DNA from: Azolla caroliniana
Taxonomy: Eukaryota > Plantae > Polypodiophyta
Reading direction: 5' to 3'
NCBI GenBank assembly: GCA_043228905.1
Contig: JBHGNT010000474.1
Location: 1-23,561 of the forward strand
DNA: 23,561 nucleotides
Positions 1 to 12,799 of the stretch are shown here, piece after piece. A program made the translations under genes and the position numbers. Under the pieces are notes generated by a model. That model searched no databases. It saw only the letters and a list, made by a program, of their open reading frames with translations, and was not told where the DNA came from. Numbering within the stretch: position 1 is the first letter of the stretch; the number at the start of each line of letters is the position of its first letter.

Positions 1-3000
1 AGGAGAAGGGCATTTCTTATACAACCTAATGTTTGCAACAAAAATGTCCTCCAAGCTTATTTTTGGTACTGTCAATAGAGAAAGGTTTGATCATTGCCAT
101 TCTTATATTTAATTCTTATTCTTACGCATTTTGTACAAGCTTGATTGCTGTAACACCCTAGTGCTCTCAATTGAGAAGCAATCCCTCTTTGATGTCTTGT
201 ACATGCTAATTGTTGTACCATCATGGTATCCCAAATTGAGAAAGTTGTAATACCTTATAACATCATTGGATTCTTATGATTCTCCTCGAGCAAGTTGCTT
301 TGATACCTCATTTGAGAAATATCCATCTTGTTTGGAACTATGAATTTGTTCAATAAGTTGGGAATATTGAACCTCAAATATTTTCTACGGGAGTTGTTGT
401 GCATGTGTGATATATGACCACATTGTGCACGCTCAACTGAAGTGCCGGCAAAGAATATAATTGCATATTATTATATTATAAGTTGTTTCTTGCATAATTG
501 AAAGAATGGGGGCAAATTAAATTGAATGTCATATAGGTGTCAATGGTTATAACCTTTAAAAAATATCATGAGGATTAGTGTAAGTGTCAAATATTGTAAA
601 ATGTATTGAATTATAAAAAGGTACTATGGTGAATATTGGCAAGCTATGGACACGTGTTTCACAAAGCTCTGTAGAAACTATTTTAAAGTGGGTATATTCT
701 TGGAGGGTATGATACCTTTTTTGTGCTTGGCAAGGTATGTGTCATATAGTGCAGGTGGTGGTGTTACATTGATTGACTAAAGCTTATTATGCAAGATTAC
801 AAGTTTTGTCTTGTGGTGTTAGTGGTTTGGCTATGGAACCTTAAATGGTTTTATGAGTAATAGACATGTGTTTTCTCATGTACTGTGCTTATCTTTTACT
901 TTGGGAAGCTATTGTTAGGTGAGCTTTAGCAATCGGGGAAAGGTTCAGTTTGAGCCAAATCAAATCGCATAAAACCTGGCTTAAGAGCTTAACAAGTTAA
1001 CATTTTGGTTTAGTTTTTAGCCACAATTTAAAAAGCTTAATGAATTAAATGCTTTAAATGGCTTCACGGTTTAGTGCTATGGCACTTCCTTAAGTTTTAA
1101 TTATTCTTGAACATCCTTGTATAAGGATTGTGTGCGTGATTCATACATGATAAGGGTGGAAACTCATAGAAGTATTAGAGTTAGAATTAAGTGTTTGTTA
1201 ACATAAAAATGTATCCCCCTCTTAGTGACGAAAACTTTTCTTACTTTTGCGTCATGATTCATGTCATATAAACATGATCATTATTTTATATTTTATGTGT
1301 TGTGCGTGCCTTTGTTGTGTAAATTGTATCTTGTTTACACCCTATGCATACAATCAAGCCATTATATGCAAATCACAATATTGTACTATGCATACACATC
1401 ATAATATGTCAAGTTTTTGAGGCCTTGTGATGGGTTTTTGCCAATGGAAGAGGATTAGAGTCACCTTAGATAAACAAACTTATTTAATTTGCAAGAGGGG
1501 GTGATCTTGACTCATCAAGCATAATACCAAATGTCAAATGAAACCTGGCCTCACCCATTCTACAAAAAGAACATCAAGGTGTTCAAACCCAACCGTGTAC
1601 ACCCAATATCAAACTAACATAGTATGCATTTTAAAACACCAACACCGGCATGATCAATTTGACTCACACATTGAACTTGCACTATACATATGGATTTGAA
1701 ATTAACTTCATGAATATTTACGATTACAAACATGATTTGCACCTATTTGTCGATGCAATACATGCGAGAAATAGGTTGATGTTTCCTTTATGGAAGTATA
1801 CATGCACATGCGAGAAATAGGTTGATGATAAGGAATCTTTCCTTGGAGGACAGTTTGCAGATGTGGCATGCATGAACTTTACGATCAGAATGGAGTCATA
1901 GATCACACATTCAAATGGATTGTTGTCACATACATGTTGATGCAATACACACAATTCTTTTACTAATAGAACAAGATTTGATACGTAATTTAGGAATTAT
2001 TGTTCTAGGGTCCACAACGATGATGAGCTCTTTAATGTTGGTAGAAAACATGTTTTTCAATGGAACAACATGATTTTGACTTGTTTATTTAAAAGTAACA
2101 GAACATTAACTAGGCAATTGAAAAAGCCAAATAAGTTTAGCCAATGACAAAAAAATGATAAGTTTTTAGGGAACTTCATAAATATTGCATGACCTACTCA
2201 TATGGAAGTAATGCTAACAAGAGTACAACTCCTTAACAATTGGTAGTACATCCTAAATGAGCAACAAAAACAAGGAATTTGGTGATCACATTCTTGTTCA
2301 TGAGGATAAAGGCTAGTTAGACCTTTCTTCTCCCTTGTTAGACACATGACCATGTTTCATGGGTTTGAGAATGGAAACCACATGGACAATAATCAACATC
2401 AACGTAGTTGTATGGTGCTCTTTATACCAAATGTTGTGACTGTGAAGACTAAAGGTATCGTTGAATAGAAAGGGTTTCTATGGTTGAGAAAGTGGCCATT
2501 ATAGGAGCACTAACGTTGTTTGAGAACAAAACGAAATTTATGTGCATATATTTAAGCCCAACCTAACCATGTTGTGGATGTTAATGTTGAATAAAAATCT
2601 CATTTTCTCTAAGTTAACCTATGGTAGTTAAGTTGTAGAAAATGGTCACTCTAGTGACTTTTCATGTGCAAATGGAAAGACTATTATGTATAGCATGCAT
2701 TCTCTTCAACACTTAATGGTTTATGCAACACAACTAAGTCTCACAAATTCCACCCTTAAAAAGATCTTGCAAATGTACAAGTTTTGTTTGTATTTTTGCC
2801 TAAGATTATGTTTATTAATCAACCTAGAACCCTATCATGCAAGAGCATGATCATATGCAATTAGATATAAAGAATCAAAGTTTATATTGTCATTGCTCAT
2901 TATATGTTCAATATCATTGGCATGCACATTATTATTAACATAAATATGATCAATTTGTTTAGTCTAGGTAGTAGCATTTGCTATGCTAGCAAATAAGTTA

Positions 3001-3965
3001 GCTTGAGTCTTAACATTCATTCCAGTCACCCCTATGTTTCAATTCAAATTGATAGAATAGAAGTTTCGCTTACATGTTAAGCAAGCAACTTGCACAAAGA
3101 ATTCATAGCTTCACACATGGGAAATATATGTAGCATTTGATGCATAGCATAAGATATGATCACCATTTCAAAGTAAACACTTGTTCTAATATTACTATAG
3201 GAAAATGCTCAAATCCAAATCCAACTAATGTACCAATGATGACATGTTACATGGGTGTCAATGTACAATCAGGTTAGTGAGGTTGCACTATTGAAGATAG
3301 TTATGACCCTCTTGTCGAGACTTGAAATCATATATGATTGGGCGAAGTTTCAAGGAGCAATGTTGTGATGTGGCATGCATGGCTTAGCCTTGCCAACATC
3401 TAGCAACATGTGGAATATCAAGCTGGATGAGGTAGCCGATTGAATGTGAAACATCATAAAAATGTAACGACCTTCAATTTCATGTACATGTGGCATATTC
3501 AGAAAATGCTTTGTAAATCGAAGGTGTAAAGACCTTCTTCAACTTCATGTAACATGTCACATATTGCGAAAATACACAAAAGGTTTGTGTATGAGCAAAA
3601 CAATTGAAGTCTCTTACAACCTTAAATATTCACATCAAGGATGCCAACAATTGAAGCCAATTATGGGATACAAAAATGAAGAAACAAGCAATGATAATGA
3701 TTTTCCATGGGTGATAAAGACAAGAAATATAGATACATTGGCGTCGATAGAATCTATCAACCAACAAGGTAGATGATTGATATACTTTTCGATGGCTAGA
3801 CAAGGGTGCTTACAAGTATATATTAAAGGAGAGATAGGGCAGAGTGGTTTGGTGGGTCAAGTCTCGAGAGAACTGGCAAATGACGAACACAAGAAGAAGG
3901 TAAACAATAACAATGATGATGATGGTAACGTCGCCACCAGCAGTAGTTGTGAGTGAGAATGAATC

Positions 3966-4040
3966 TACATATAGACATAGACAAAGACATGGACATGGAC
4001 ATAAACATAGACAGAGACAGAGACATAGATGGAGACAGAG
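3966..4040. repeat. Degenerate hexamer repeat (AGACAT/GGACAT/AGACAG)
   Basis: Directly visible; explains the low-complexity ORFs at 3810-4284. Confidence 0.85.
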
Positions 4041-4194
4041 GGTGGACAATCTGCGCCAACAATTCGGAGAGACCACCAATCGAGATGCTCTTGTTTGTTT
4101 GTTTGTTGTCGTCGTCTCATTGGGTGAGGATAAAGTAGGGCTAATGATAGTAGTAGTAAGACATCTATCTATGTGTGAAGAAGAGAGAGGGGTT

Positions 4195-4282
4195 TATATA
4201 TGTATACATAATACATATATATGTACATATGTATATGTATATGTATGTATATGTATAAATAATAAGAGATATGTATATATGT
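4195..4282. repeat. TA/TATG microsatellite upstream of the MyoB-type gene
   Basis: Directly visible. Confidence 0.85.
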
Positions 4283-5166
4283 AAGTTTTGTGTGTATAAA
4301 AGAAGATGAATAAATAAGAAGCCTTTCATTTCATCTCCAAAGAGGCGCCTTCTCCTTCCTCTTCATAATTCCTCTGTCTCTCATTTTTGTTGGTTCGTAT
4401 AAAACAAAACAAAAAACGGTTCGAGAACACACACACTCTGCTTATTCTTCGAAATTCTTCTCTGCGACACTTTCTTTATTCGATTCATTCCTTGCTTTCT
4501 CATTTCCGAGCTTTTCAATAGCCAGAACCTTATCTGACCTATGACATACTTATATACCATTACTTATTTCCTTCATTCTTTTTTTCTGGCTCAGTATTGA
4601 AAGAATCATGTCAAAGCAAACCCATAATTCCATTGGTTAAATTTTCCACAGGTATAAAATATTGTTTGGGCGATCTTGTTTGTTTTCTCTGCTGACCTAA
4701 ATCTTTTGTATTTTGGATTTTGTCGGCTAATTAATTTGTTTTAAATTATTTTGGTCCACATTTTCTTTGCTTCCGATCAATGCATTATCATCTTCTTTTT
4801 CATTCTCTTTCTCTGCATTCTAATCCTCTGCTTAACATTAGTCTTCTCCGTTACACAATCTGGTTTTATTAATAAAATTCCAGTATAACGCATTTGGGGT
4901 ATTTGAATTTAATTTTATTCTATTTTATTTATTCATCAGGACCTGCTCTGATGCTGCCTCTTCTTCATTTTATAAAGAAACCCTCTTCTTGAATTATCCT
5001 CTGTTAAAAATTTCCTCGCCTTTTTTCAAAGATTTCATGTTATGAGTGATGGATGACATAGAGGATGTTTTCCTTCTTCTTTTTTTGTCTTTTTCTCACA
5101 GATTAATAATGTCGAGAGCATTATCTCCATGGAAATAAAGAACACAGAGTCGTCTGAAGGAGGAGG

Positions 5167-7863
5167 ATGGAGGATGGGATAAAGCATATGAGCAATAATT
5201 ATGATGATGTTTCTGCTCATGAAGGAGGAGGAGAAGAGGAAGAAGAAGAAAGAAGAAGAAGAAGAAAGTATAAGAGAGAAGGAGTTGCAAGGAGAGATTG
5301 GGAAGAAGCCTGTCGATCAGAGCAAGAAGAAGAACTTCACAAACAAGCTCAGACATTACCAGGGTGTGAAGAGAACCTTCCTCCTGACAGAGCTCATAAC
5401 TTGTCTGTGCAAGAAGAAAGCCCTCACAGGCTCTACTTTGAGACCATGCTCGCAGAAGAGAGGGCGGCAGCCTCGACCGCTGCAATCGAAGCGATGGCGA
5501 TGATCTCACGGCTCCAGGAAGAGAAAGCGACAGCTCTAATGGAAGCTCGGCGGTGCCGATGCGATGCCGAAGAGAGAGAAACACACGCACGGGAAGCTAT
5601 GGATCTCCTGAAACATGTGCTTCTCGAGAAAGAAGAGGAATCCAGAGGCTTGCGGGAACATATCGAGGCATTGTATCGAAGAATCTCGCACTTCATGATG
5701 ATGTCGGAATATTGCGATGGATCTGCAGAGAAGATTGAGGGAAGCAGAGAATTAGTAGAAATGTTGCTCATGGAAGGGAATGAGGAAGATAGCATAAGAA
5801 GGGAAAATGAGCTTCTTCTTCTTCTTCTTCTTCGTCTTCTTATGGAGAAGTTAGGACAGAAAGCACATGAAAAGTATGTGGATTCTCATGATTTAATGCA
5901 AAATGGTGCAAAGGAGATTGAGCCGAGTAATTCTACTGTATCGATGATTTTAGATCGTCTGAAACAACTTGAGGAGAGATTTGTTCACTATTGGCAGCAA
6001 CACAATCAAGCTCTCGATCATGAGCAGATAATCCTTAATTGGATGAACTCTGAAAGGGATCAATGCCGTAGTGATATTGATCCATTAATAAGATGGACCA
6101 CCAATTCATCAAGTTGTGAAGAAGAAGAAGAAGAAGAGTTATTGCAAAACCATTCTTTCAATGGGAAGCTATACCAACTTGGATTACATCCACAAGATTT
6201 GTCAAATTGCTCACTACCCTATTCTAATTATAATGAGAGGGTGATGATAAATAAGGATGTGGAAAAGAATGTAATGGAACAACATCGGTCATCATGTCCT
6301 TCAATTGATGAAGAAACTAATCGTGACCCAAGCAATGAGTATATGTATAGTTATATTGGAGGATATTATAGTATGGATATTGGCACCAAAGGTTTTGATC
6401 GTGCGGAAGAGAATGTTAGCGAAGGTGTCCACGATGTATATGAAATTCAGAATGGAGCATCTAACTTGACCTCATTTGTTGATCACCAGTCTAATTCGAA
6501 TGTTGAAGAAGATCGATTGATCACGAGGAGGGAAAAGGATGGTAATGGCCTAGTACAAATTACAACGGATAAAGGATTTGAAGAGGAAGGAATGGAAGCA
6601 ATCCTATTACCCCACAAAAATCGTCCACTCATAGATTATAGTTCTGCAGCAATCGATTCAACGAAATGCTCACAGATCAAATGCTACAATATTGTTGATG
6701 ATGGAGTTAATAATATATATCAACTTAAGGAAAGACTCAAGGCACTTGAAGAAGAAAGGGTAACCATGGAACAAGTCATGGATTCTTTGAGGAAAGAGAA
6801 TAGAGACTTGAAATTATTGCAAGAAATAGGTCAACATTCGCGAGACATCAAGGGAAATGCTAGAAGAAGAGATAAAATGGAAGAGCAGGGACAACAACGA
6901 AGACGGCAGCCTTTATTTTCCTCAATCTTCAAGGTGAAGTCTCCATATCTTGTTAAGTTTGTTGGTTTTTTTTGCTGCATTCCTTGCATTTGTCAATTCA
7001 ATGTCATTTCGATTGCTTACATGCCATTAATTAGGTCTTATCTACTGGTTTGCTTGACATACCTAGGAACTTTCAGCACATTGTAAACCTAGAGCCACTC
7101 TTGTATGTATATATATATATACATATATATACAAACACTGCAGTCACAAGGAGGGGTACCTCCCCCCTTGTTATTTGTAAATTCCATTCATTTGTTTTAG
7201 AGCACCAAAGGATTCATCATAGTGAAGATGATGGTCTTTCACCACTTGGTTGTTAATTCTCGTATCGATCTCGACGGTAGGGATGTTATGAATCCTGATA
7301 TAATAAAGAAAAAGCTGATCTTTTTGCATGATTCATCTGTTATCACAATCTCAATCCTTCAAATTGCATCTTGTTTTCAGAACTTATTCTCATTCTCTGG
7401 CATGGAGAGAGATGCAAATGGAGAGGCAACACGGTAAGTGATATATTATTGAGAGGTTTCTCGCCTCATATTCGAGACCCAAGTTGTCACTGTTCGTTTG
7501 ATCTATAAGGCGAGAAACTTCCGAGTTCTCGATTATTTCATATTTCCCGGGATGCCCTTCTAGAATTTCCGTTATCTCCCCAAATGCCCTTGGTTGGAAG
7601 TTTTGGTGTTTTTCTCCCCAAGTATAATAAATATAAATATGTAGTCAAATTGGTTTATGTTTGAGATATTTCAATTCTAGTTTTCTTCAATTAGGTACCC
7701 TTCTTTGCAAAGCTCGGGAGATGGGTTTGCTAAGCAAGAACGAGGAGGTCTTTTCCACTTGTTGAGCAAACCTTCGGAAGTTTTGAAGAGCGTGTGTATA
7801 ACAAGAGGCCATAGAGTTAACCTCGCTAGTATGTGCAAGAACTTGAGAAGATTGCATCCCTAA
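5167..7863 (+). CDS. GTD-binding/zein-binding (DUF593) myosin-binding (MyoB-type) coiled-coil protein; exons 5167-6933, 7381-7433, 7695-7863 (~662 aa)
   Basis: The ORF contains EERAAASTAAIEAMAMISRLQEEKATALMEARR...EAMDLLKHVLLEKEEE, matching the DUF593 consensus (EERxAxAxAAxEAMAMIxRLQEEKA..MEA), plus a second coiled coil (QLKERLKALEEERVTMEQVMDSLRKEN..LKLLQEI). Splice sites read directly: AAG|GTGAAG (6933/6934), TTTTCAG|AAC (7380/7381), CG|GTAAGT (7433/7434), TTAG|G (7694/7695). Phases are consistent and give a C-terminus with GGLFHLLSKP...CITR, resembling the GLLxLLxKxP tail of this family; TAA at 7861-7863. The start codon is uncertain. Confidence 0.85.
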
Positions 7864-8536
7864 GAAGTCCTTAAATAACATTTCATTGATAAGTTAGCTC
7901 TTCAAGAAGATTCCATTGAATAAGTCCTTCACGACAATTACATGGATAAGATGTCATATAGAAGATTACACGCGTTTTGAAATTCTTAAGAAGATTACGT
8001 TGATTAGAAGTACTTAGTAAGAAGATTATTTTGATATAAAGTCCTTAAGAATAAGATTACATTGATATTACATTGATATTACATTGATATTACATTGATA
8101 CGAAGTCCTCAATAAGAAGATACCATCAACACAAAGCCCTTAATAAGAAGATGGCATTGGTACAAAGTTTGTCATAAGAAGACTGTATTGATATGAATTC
8201 CTTAATAAGAAACATTGATAACTTGTCCCTACGAAGATAACACTAGTAAGGAGTACTTCAAATGATTGCATTGATAAGAAGTCATGAAGAGATTACATTA
8301 CTAAGAAGTTCTTGAGAATATTACATTGAAACATAGTCCTTAATAAGCATAGATTGACGAGTAGGCCTTGAGAAGATTACATTGGTAAGAAGAGTTTGAG
8401 GAGGCTACATCGATACAAGTAGATTGGCAAGTAGTCCTTAACAAGAAGATTGCAATGAATGTCCTTAAAGTAGTGACAATGGTAACAATTTCTTGAGAAG
8501 ATTACATTGACATAAAGTCCTTAATGAGAAGATTAT
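7846..8536 (+). repeat. Degenerate ~29-33-bp minisatellite (consensus ~GAAGATTACATTGATAAGAAGTCCTTAA), about 20 units, with an internal 11-bp tandem (ATTACATTGAT x4)
   Basis: AAGATTACATTG and AAGTCCTTAA variants recur at ~30-bp spacing; perfect 11-mer tandem at ~8056-8099. Confidence 0.85.
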
Positions 8537-8539
8537 GGT

Positions 8540-8900
8540 GCTATCCATGTGTTTGGTATGGGTAGTCTAGCATAACAAGAATCCACAAAGTAATTGTAAT
8601 CTACTCCATTGATAAAAAATAATTCTGACTTTCATCAATAGCTTTCTCAAACATTTGTAGCTTGATAATTTAATGTGTACATTGAGGACATGTAACCCAA
8701 CAAAGCTATCAATGGCTTTGATTTTCTTTACTAATATGTTAAGTTTCATTTTCGTATTAAGTTCTAGGTGGAAGACAAGCTCAAAAAAACAATAATTGGT
8801 TATGTGTGAGTACTACAAAAAACATTGGGGTGTTTATTGTCGTATCAATTTGAAATGTTCCGTTGGATTCATCAAAAGATGATATGGAAATACTTTTAGT
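8540..8900 (-). pseudogene. Possible highly decayed PIF/Harbinger transposase remnant
   Basis: Minus-strand fragments NYFVDSCYARLPIPNTWIAP (cf. YYLVDxGY...FxAPY), DSFVG and PTEHFKL occur in the expected order but in broken frames. Similarity judged by eye only. Confidence 0.3.
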
Positions 8901-9689
8901 TGCACTCACCTTAAGAGTATTCTTCTACAACGTTTTGGAATATATAGGAAATTCTAGGAGCACACGAGTGAGTTTACATAGAGCCACCAAAATTTCGGTA
9001 TAGTTTGAGAAGATATTGTTTCCTCCATAAATATTTCCAATTGGCAAGCTTGAAACTTTGTATGTTTTAGTGAATGAGATAAAATAAAATAAAAATTCGT
9101 GGACAATAATACCTTAGAGGCACATAGTGAGATTTGATAGGATTAGATGTTATTATGTTGATTTTACTCTCTTTGATAGTGAGAATGAATCGGGAATATG
9201 AAAGACAGAAATGGATCAAGAAAGGGAGTTTCATTGACGGATGATTTCTAGAAAATGAGATGATTCTAATCAAATAGAATTGCCTTCAAACCGTTTTTAA
9301 CACTAGTAGCATAGCTCCCATTGAGAAATTTTCCAATCTAACAAAAAAGAACGTCTAAATTAATTATAAATTATAATGATGAGCACAAGTGTGAGACAAA
9401 AAAGCCGGAATTGATCCCGGGACCGGTTTACCGGCTTAGGCGGTTCATATATTATGAACCGGCTATTTATATAAATTAGAAAAAAAACATACAAAGCTTT
9501 TCTTTTCCTCCTCTTTCTTCGTTGATCCCTGTCGCTTCGCTTCTGACTGATTGCACCACAATCTGCTGTTCGATTCTGAAGTAAGTATCTTGTCTGTTTT
9601 TCTTTCTCTGCTTATGAATTCTCTCTGTTTTCTATCTGTTTTTTTCTGTGTTTGAATCTTTTCTCTGTTCTTTGTTTGTCTATCTGATC

Positions 9690-10320
9690 CCCATCGTATA
9701 TGCTTCAGCACCCAAGACATTAAAAAAAACCCAATGGTGGTCATCTTGACACGATGTTGTGGCATTTGATCAATAACATGCATATCATCTTCAAACTCCT
9801 CTGAGAAAAAGAAGAGAGAGACAGAGCTTTGTGGTCATGGTAGCCAATGTCAAGATAATAATCTGCCAATCGATGATGATAGGCATTAGGAGAGGATATG
9901 ATTGATGCATTTTAGGGAGGAGACTGTATAAGGATGAGGTTGGGTTAGATATGAGAATTAGTTATGGAGAGGGTTGGGACCTGTTGGAACCAATCGTTTA
10001 TCGACTCCGTAGCGAGGGTCAATATTAGTAGTAGTATTAGTATTAGTATTAGTATTAGTATTAGTATTAGTATTAGTATTAGTGGTGGTGGTGGTATTGG
10101 AAGTAGAAACATCTGACCTGCAATGACTAGAAGGAACACATAATTTGTAGTGGGTAGTAGATGAATCAATGAATCTATGGATTACTAGTATGCTTATTAT
10201 TTAATGACCAGTACTCTCCACCATTATTATTTAAAATTTAAATTACCATTGGTAATGGTCATGTCATTCCTGGCAAATACCACGACGCCCTTCTTCCCCA
10301 TCATAATGTTGCACAAGAGA
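9690..10320 (-). pseudogene. Two-exon host-gene-like fragment (exon 10320-10247, intron 10246-9801, exon from 9800)
   Basis: Minus-strand acceptor TTTTCATTCTCAG, donor G|GTAATT and acceptor TCTTTTTCTCAG| are phase-compatible and give LLCNIMMGKKGVVVFARNDMTITNEEFEDDMHVIDQMPQHRVKMTTIGFF. Confidence 0.4.
10024..10096. repeat. (TAGTAT)n followed by (GGT)n microsatellite
   Basis: Directly visible. Confidence 0.95.
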
Positions 10321-10920
10321 CTGAGAATGAAAATCTGGGTTAGGGAGAACCCTGGAGTTAAAAAAAATTTGGTGGACGTGGAAGATCGTTAACAAGCATT
10401 TGTATATCCATATCCGCATTCAATTACCTAAATGTTATGAATCTTGTTAATCAGCAAACTTAGTCAAGTGGTTTATGGAAGAGAATAATTGTCATGGCAT
10501 ATAGAGATCCCAAAAATTATGCTCCCATAGTATATTTCATTATGGTTAGTTCCAACGAAAGTGGGTTTATATTCCTTCGTCTGACAATGAACTCATGAGT
10601 TTGGATGCTACATATAGAATTCCAAATATAATCATTGACATGGGCCAAACAACTTCTCGTCCATTGTTTAATTCTTTAAACTTGATATGCATTTTACTAG
10701 AGTGATTGACGTAGTTGTTCTGGTTGATTTATTTGATTTGGTATGTGCTGATTTTATTTTTTTGATTTTGTATGTGCAAAAAAAAAATCAACATGCTCCG
10801 GTTGAAATTATTGCTTGTAGGAAAGTGGTGGTTAAAATTTTTAAATTCCGGTTAGGATCATAAGAAGCATGAAAACTTCCGGTAGGGGCTAGAGACTTTG
10901 CCCAACATTGGCTAGCACCC

Positions 10921-12400
10921 CTATATATTAAAATTTATGAAATTAACAAAAAGAAAGGATACGTTATTAGAAATAAAGACATAAATATACTCTAGTACCT
11001 GCACACAAGAAGTTGGATGTTGTTTCTCCTTCTTACAATCGATATCGAGTAATATTATTGAAACTTTTTGGGGCTCATTCACATGAGCCATATTTTCATC
11101 CAACACCAAACCTCCATCATCTTTTTTAGTGTGAATTGTTTCCTTTAATGCATAGATCTCATTCTTAAGCCCACCATTGACTAACATTAAAGCCTTGATC
11201 ACAATTGGCTCCACATTAGTTATGTCCTCATTTTCTCTTGGTTTCTCATGTGTAACACATTGATTTTTGAGTACCAACACTGCTATCTTTTTCTAACAGA
11301 TGATCGCCAAAGCTTGTGTTAAGTGCATCTAAATCAAGTTCATTAACCTCCTTGACATTTTCCCAACCTTGAAAAGGTTGTAGTGTGCTAATTTGGCCCA
11401 AAGGTGATTTATAAGATAAATGTTCCTTCGGGACCTTATCTTGATATTCATCACATAAATATTGTCGTTCTAACCTAGACAAACCAGGTGAACACCCCAT
11501 GTAATCTAATAACTTAATCCTTCTTGATGAGACATTATTGGGCTTGGCCAATGGGAACAATTGGTCAAAGGTATTCATGGATGTGGGATCATCACAAAGT
11601 ATGTGCATTGGAGAAGAGGGTTGAATCTTCGCGATTCTTTTTAGTGGGTGAACATGAAGTTGTGAAGATGTAAGGGAACTAGGTGTGGAAAGAGATTTGC
11701 TCTTCTTCGTCATCATCAGGGGGTTACTATGATATTTCATCGACTTTAACGTTGTTGAGGTGTGAAGGTCATGTTGATATACTCTTGAAAGAGGAATTTT
11801 CATGTGGGTTTCGTTATTTCCATGGGTCGGGCTAGTTGTAACATTATTGCATGATGGTGTTTCTAGGATTGTTGGAGAAACACCAACACAATGTGACGTC
11901 CAATTGCTCGAATCTTGAGAGCCCATTATCACATACTCTCTTCAATCTTTATATAGGATATTGGGTGCTTGCTGATGATGCACTATATATGTTTGTTGAT
12001 AACATTGTGTTGATTTCCATCCCTTTCGAGGAATAACCAGGAAATCGAGATGCTTTAAAGTTCTTTTTTGCAGACTAAGGTTTATCTGTAAACCTTGATA
12101 GAATGTTGATTATTCAAGACCTCCATGGTACCATGGTACATGTACACGGAAGTATACCAGAGGAGCAATGAAAGTTGCATTCAATTGTATGTATAATACT
12201 GCTTCCAAAGTGACTCCATAAATGTATTTGAGTATGGAGAACCATCTACAAACATTGGTACAAAACATCTTTGAATTCCAAAGTGAAATGATGCCCTTTC
12301 AAATTAGACAAATCTGGCATACTATTTACTAACGACAACATAACTAGATGAATCAACAAATTTGAGATGAGAATTAACATGTATTTCAAACACATGTAGT
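10921..12400 (-). pseudogene. Degenerate coding-like region of unknown (probably TE-derived) origin; overlapping ORFs 11246-11932 and 10921-11280
   Basis: 228-aa and 119-aa minus-strand ORFs overlap in different frames, as expected for a frameshifted relic, with further broken frames to ~12400. No recognisable domain. Confidence 0.3.
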
Positions 12401-12799
12401 GGAGGATAGGTTGAAAAATGGGCGGAAATTATGTACAACAAATTATCTCAGCACAAAAAAAGCACAAAAAGATGATGAAAATAGACAAGAATAAATCACA
12501 AGGATGCATGTATATTGCATTATTACCTTGCATTTGTATTGTTATATTGTTTTAATATAGACGTCGCTTTTTTTCTCTTGATCTTTTCCTTCAATATTGT
12601 TTGCAATATATTTGTTCCCTCAATTTCTTTTACATTTACATACATGGATTTGCATGTGTGTGTGAGCCTTCCGCTTTCTTCTTTATTTTTTAATAGATTT
12701 GATACATGGATTTGATCTAAAATGTTGCTTATGCGAGTTTACAAAGTTTGTAAACATTTTTTGAAATATATATATATATTTGGATCCATAATTTTGCAA

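Larger units (their letters stand above)
9387..10910 (+). mobile_element. Probable non-autonomous hAT-like element with CCGG-rich subterminal regions and an internal captured gene fragment
   Basis: The right end TTTGCCCAACATTG (rc CAATGTTGGGCAAA) is a CAGTGTT-type hAT terminus and is duplicated at 12975-12988. A degenerate left end AAGTGTGAGACAAA at 9387 is followed by a CCGG/CCGGTT cluster (9405-9462). Flanks ATGAGCAC / GCTAGCAC match only 5/8, so the left boundary is uncertain. Confidence 0.45.

Noticed and set aside
1-3780. Possible retroelement or DNA-transposon relics (LINE-like 2200-2520; hAT-like GGTTT motifs 940-1080)
   Set aside because: Too decayed; no motif or terminus could be supported by eye.
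3810-4284. Overlapping ORFs on both strands (RHRQRH, MSLSLS, CLCLCL)
   Set aside because: Hexamer and TA microsatellite artefacts with no domain; a divergent non-coding exon cannot be excluded.
5096-5795. Antisense and alternative-frame ORFs over the MyoB-type exon
   Set aside because: Shadow ORFs of a GC-richer coding region.
6934-7086. C-terminal 50 aa of the 639-aa ORF (VKSPYLVKFVGFFCC...)
   Set aside because: Read-through into intron 1; the spliced model gives the family-like C-terminus.
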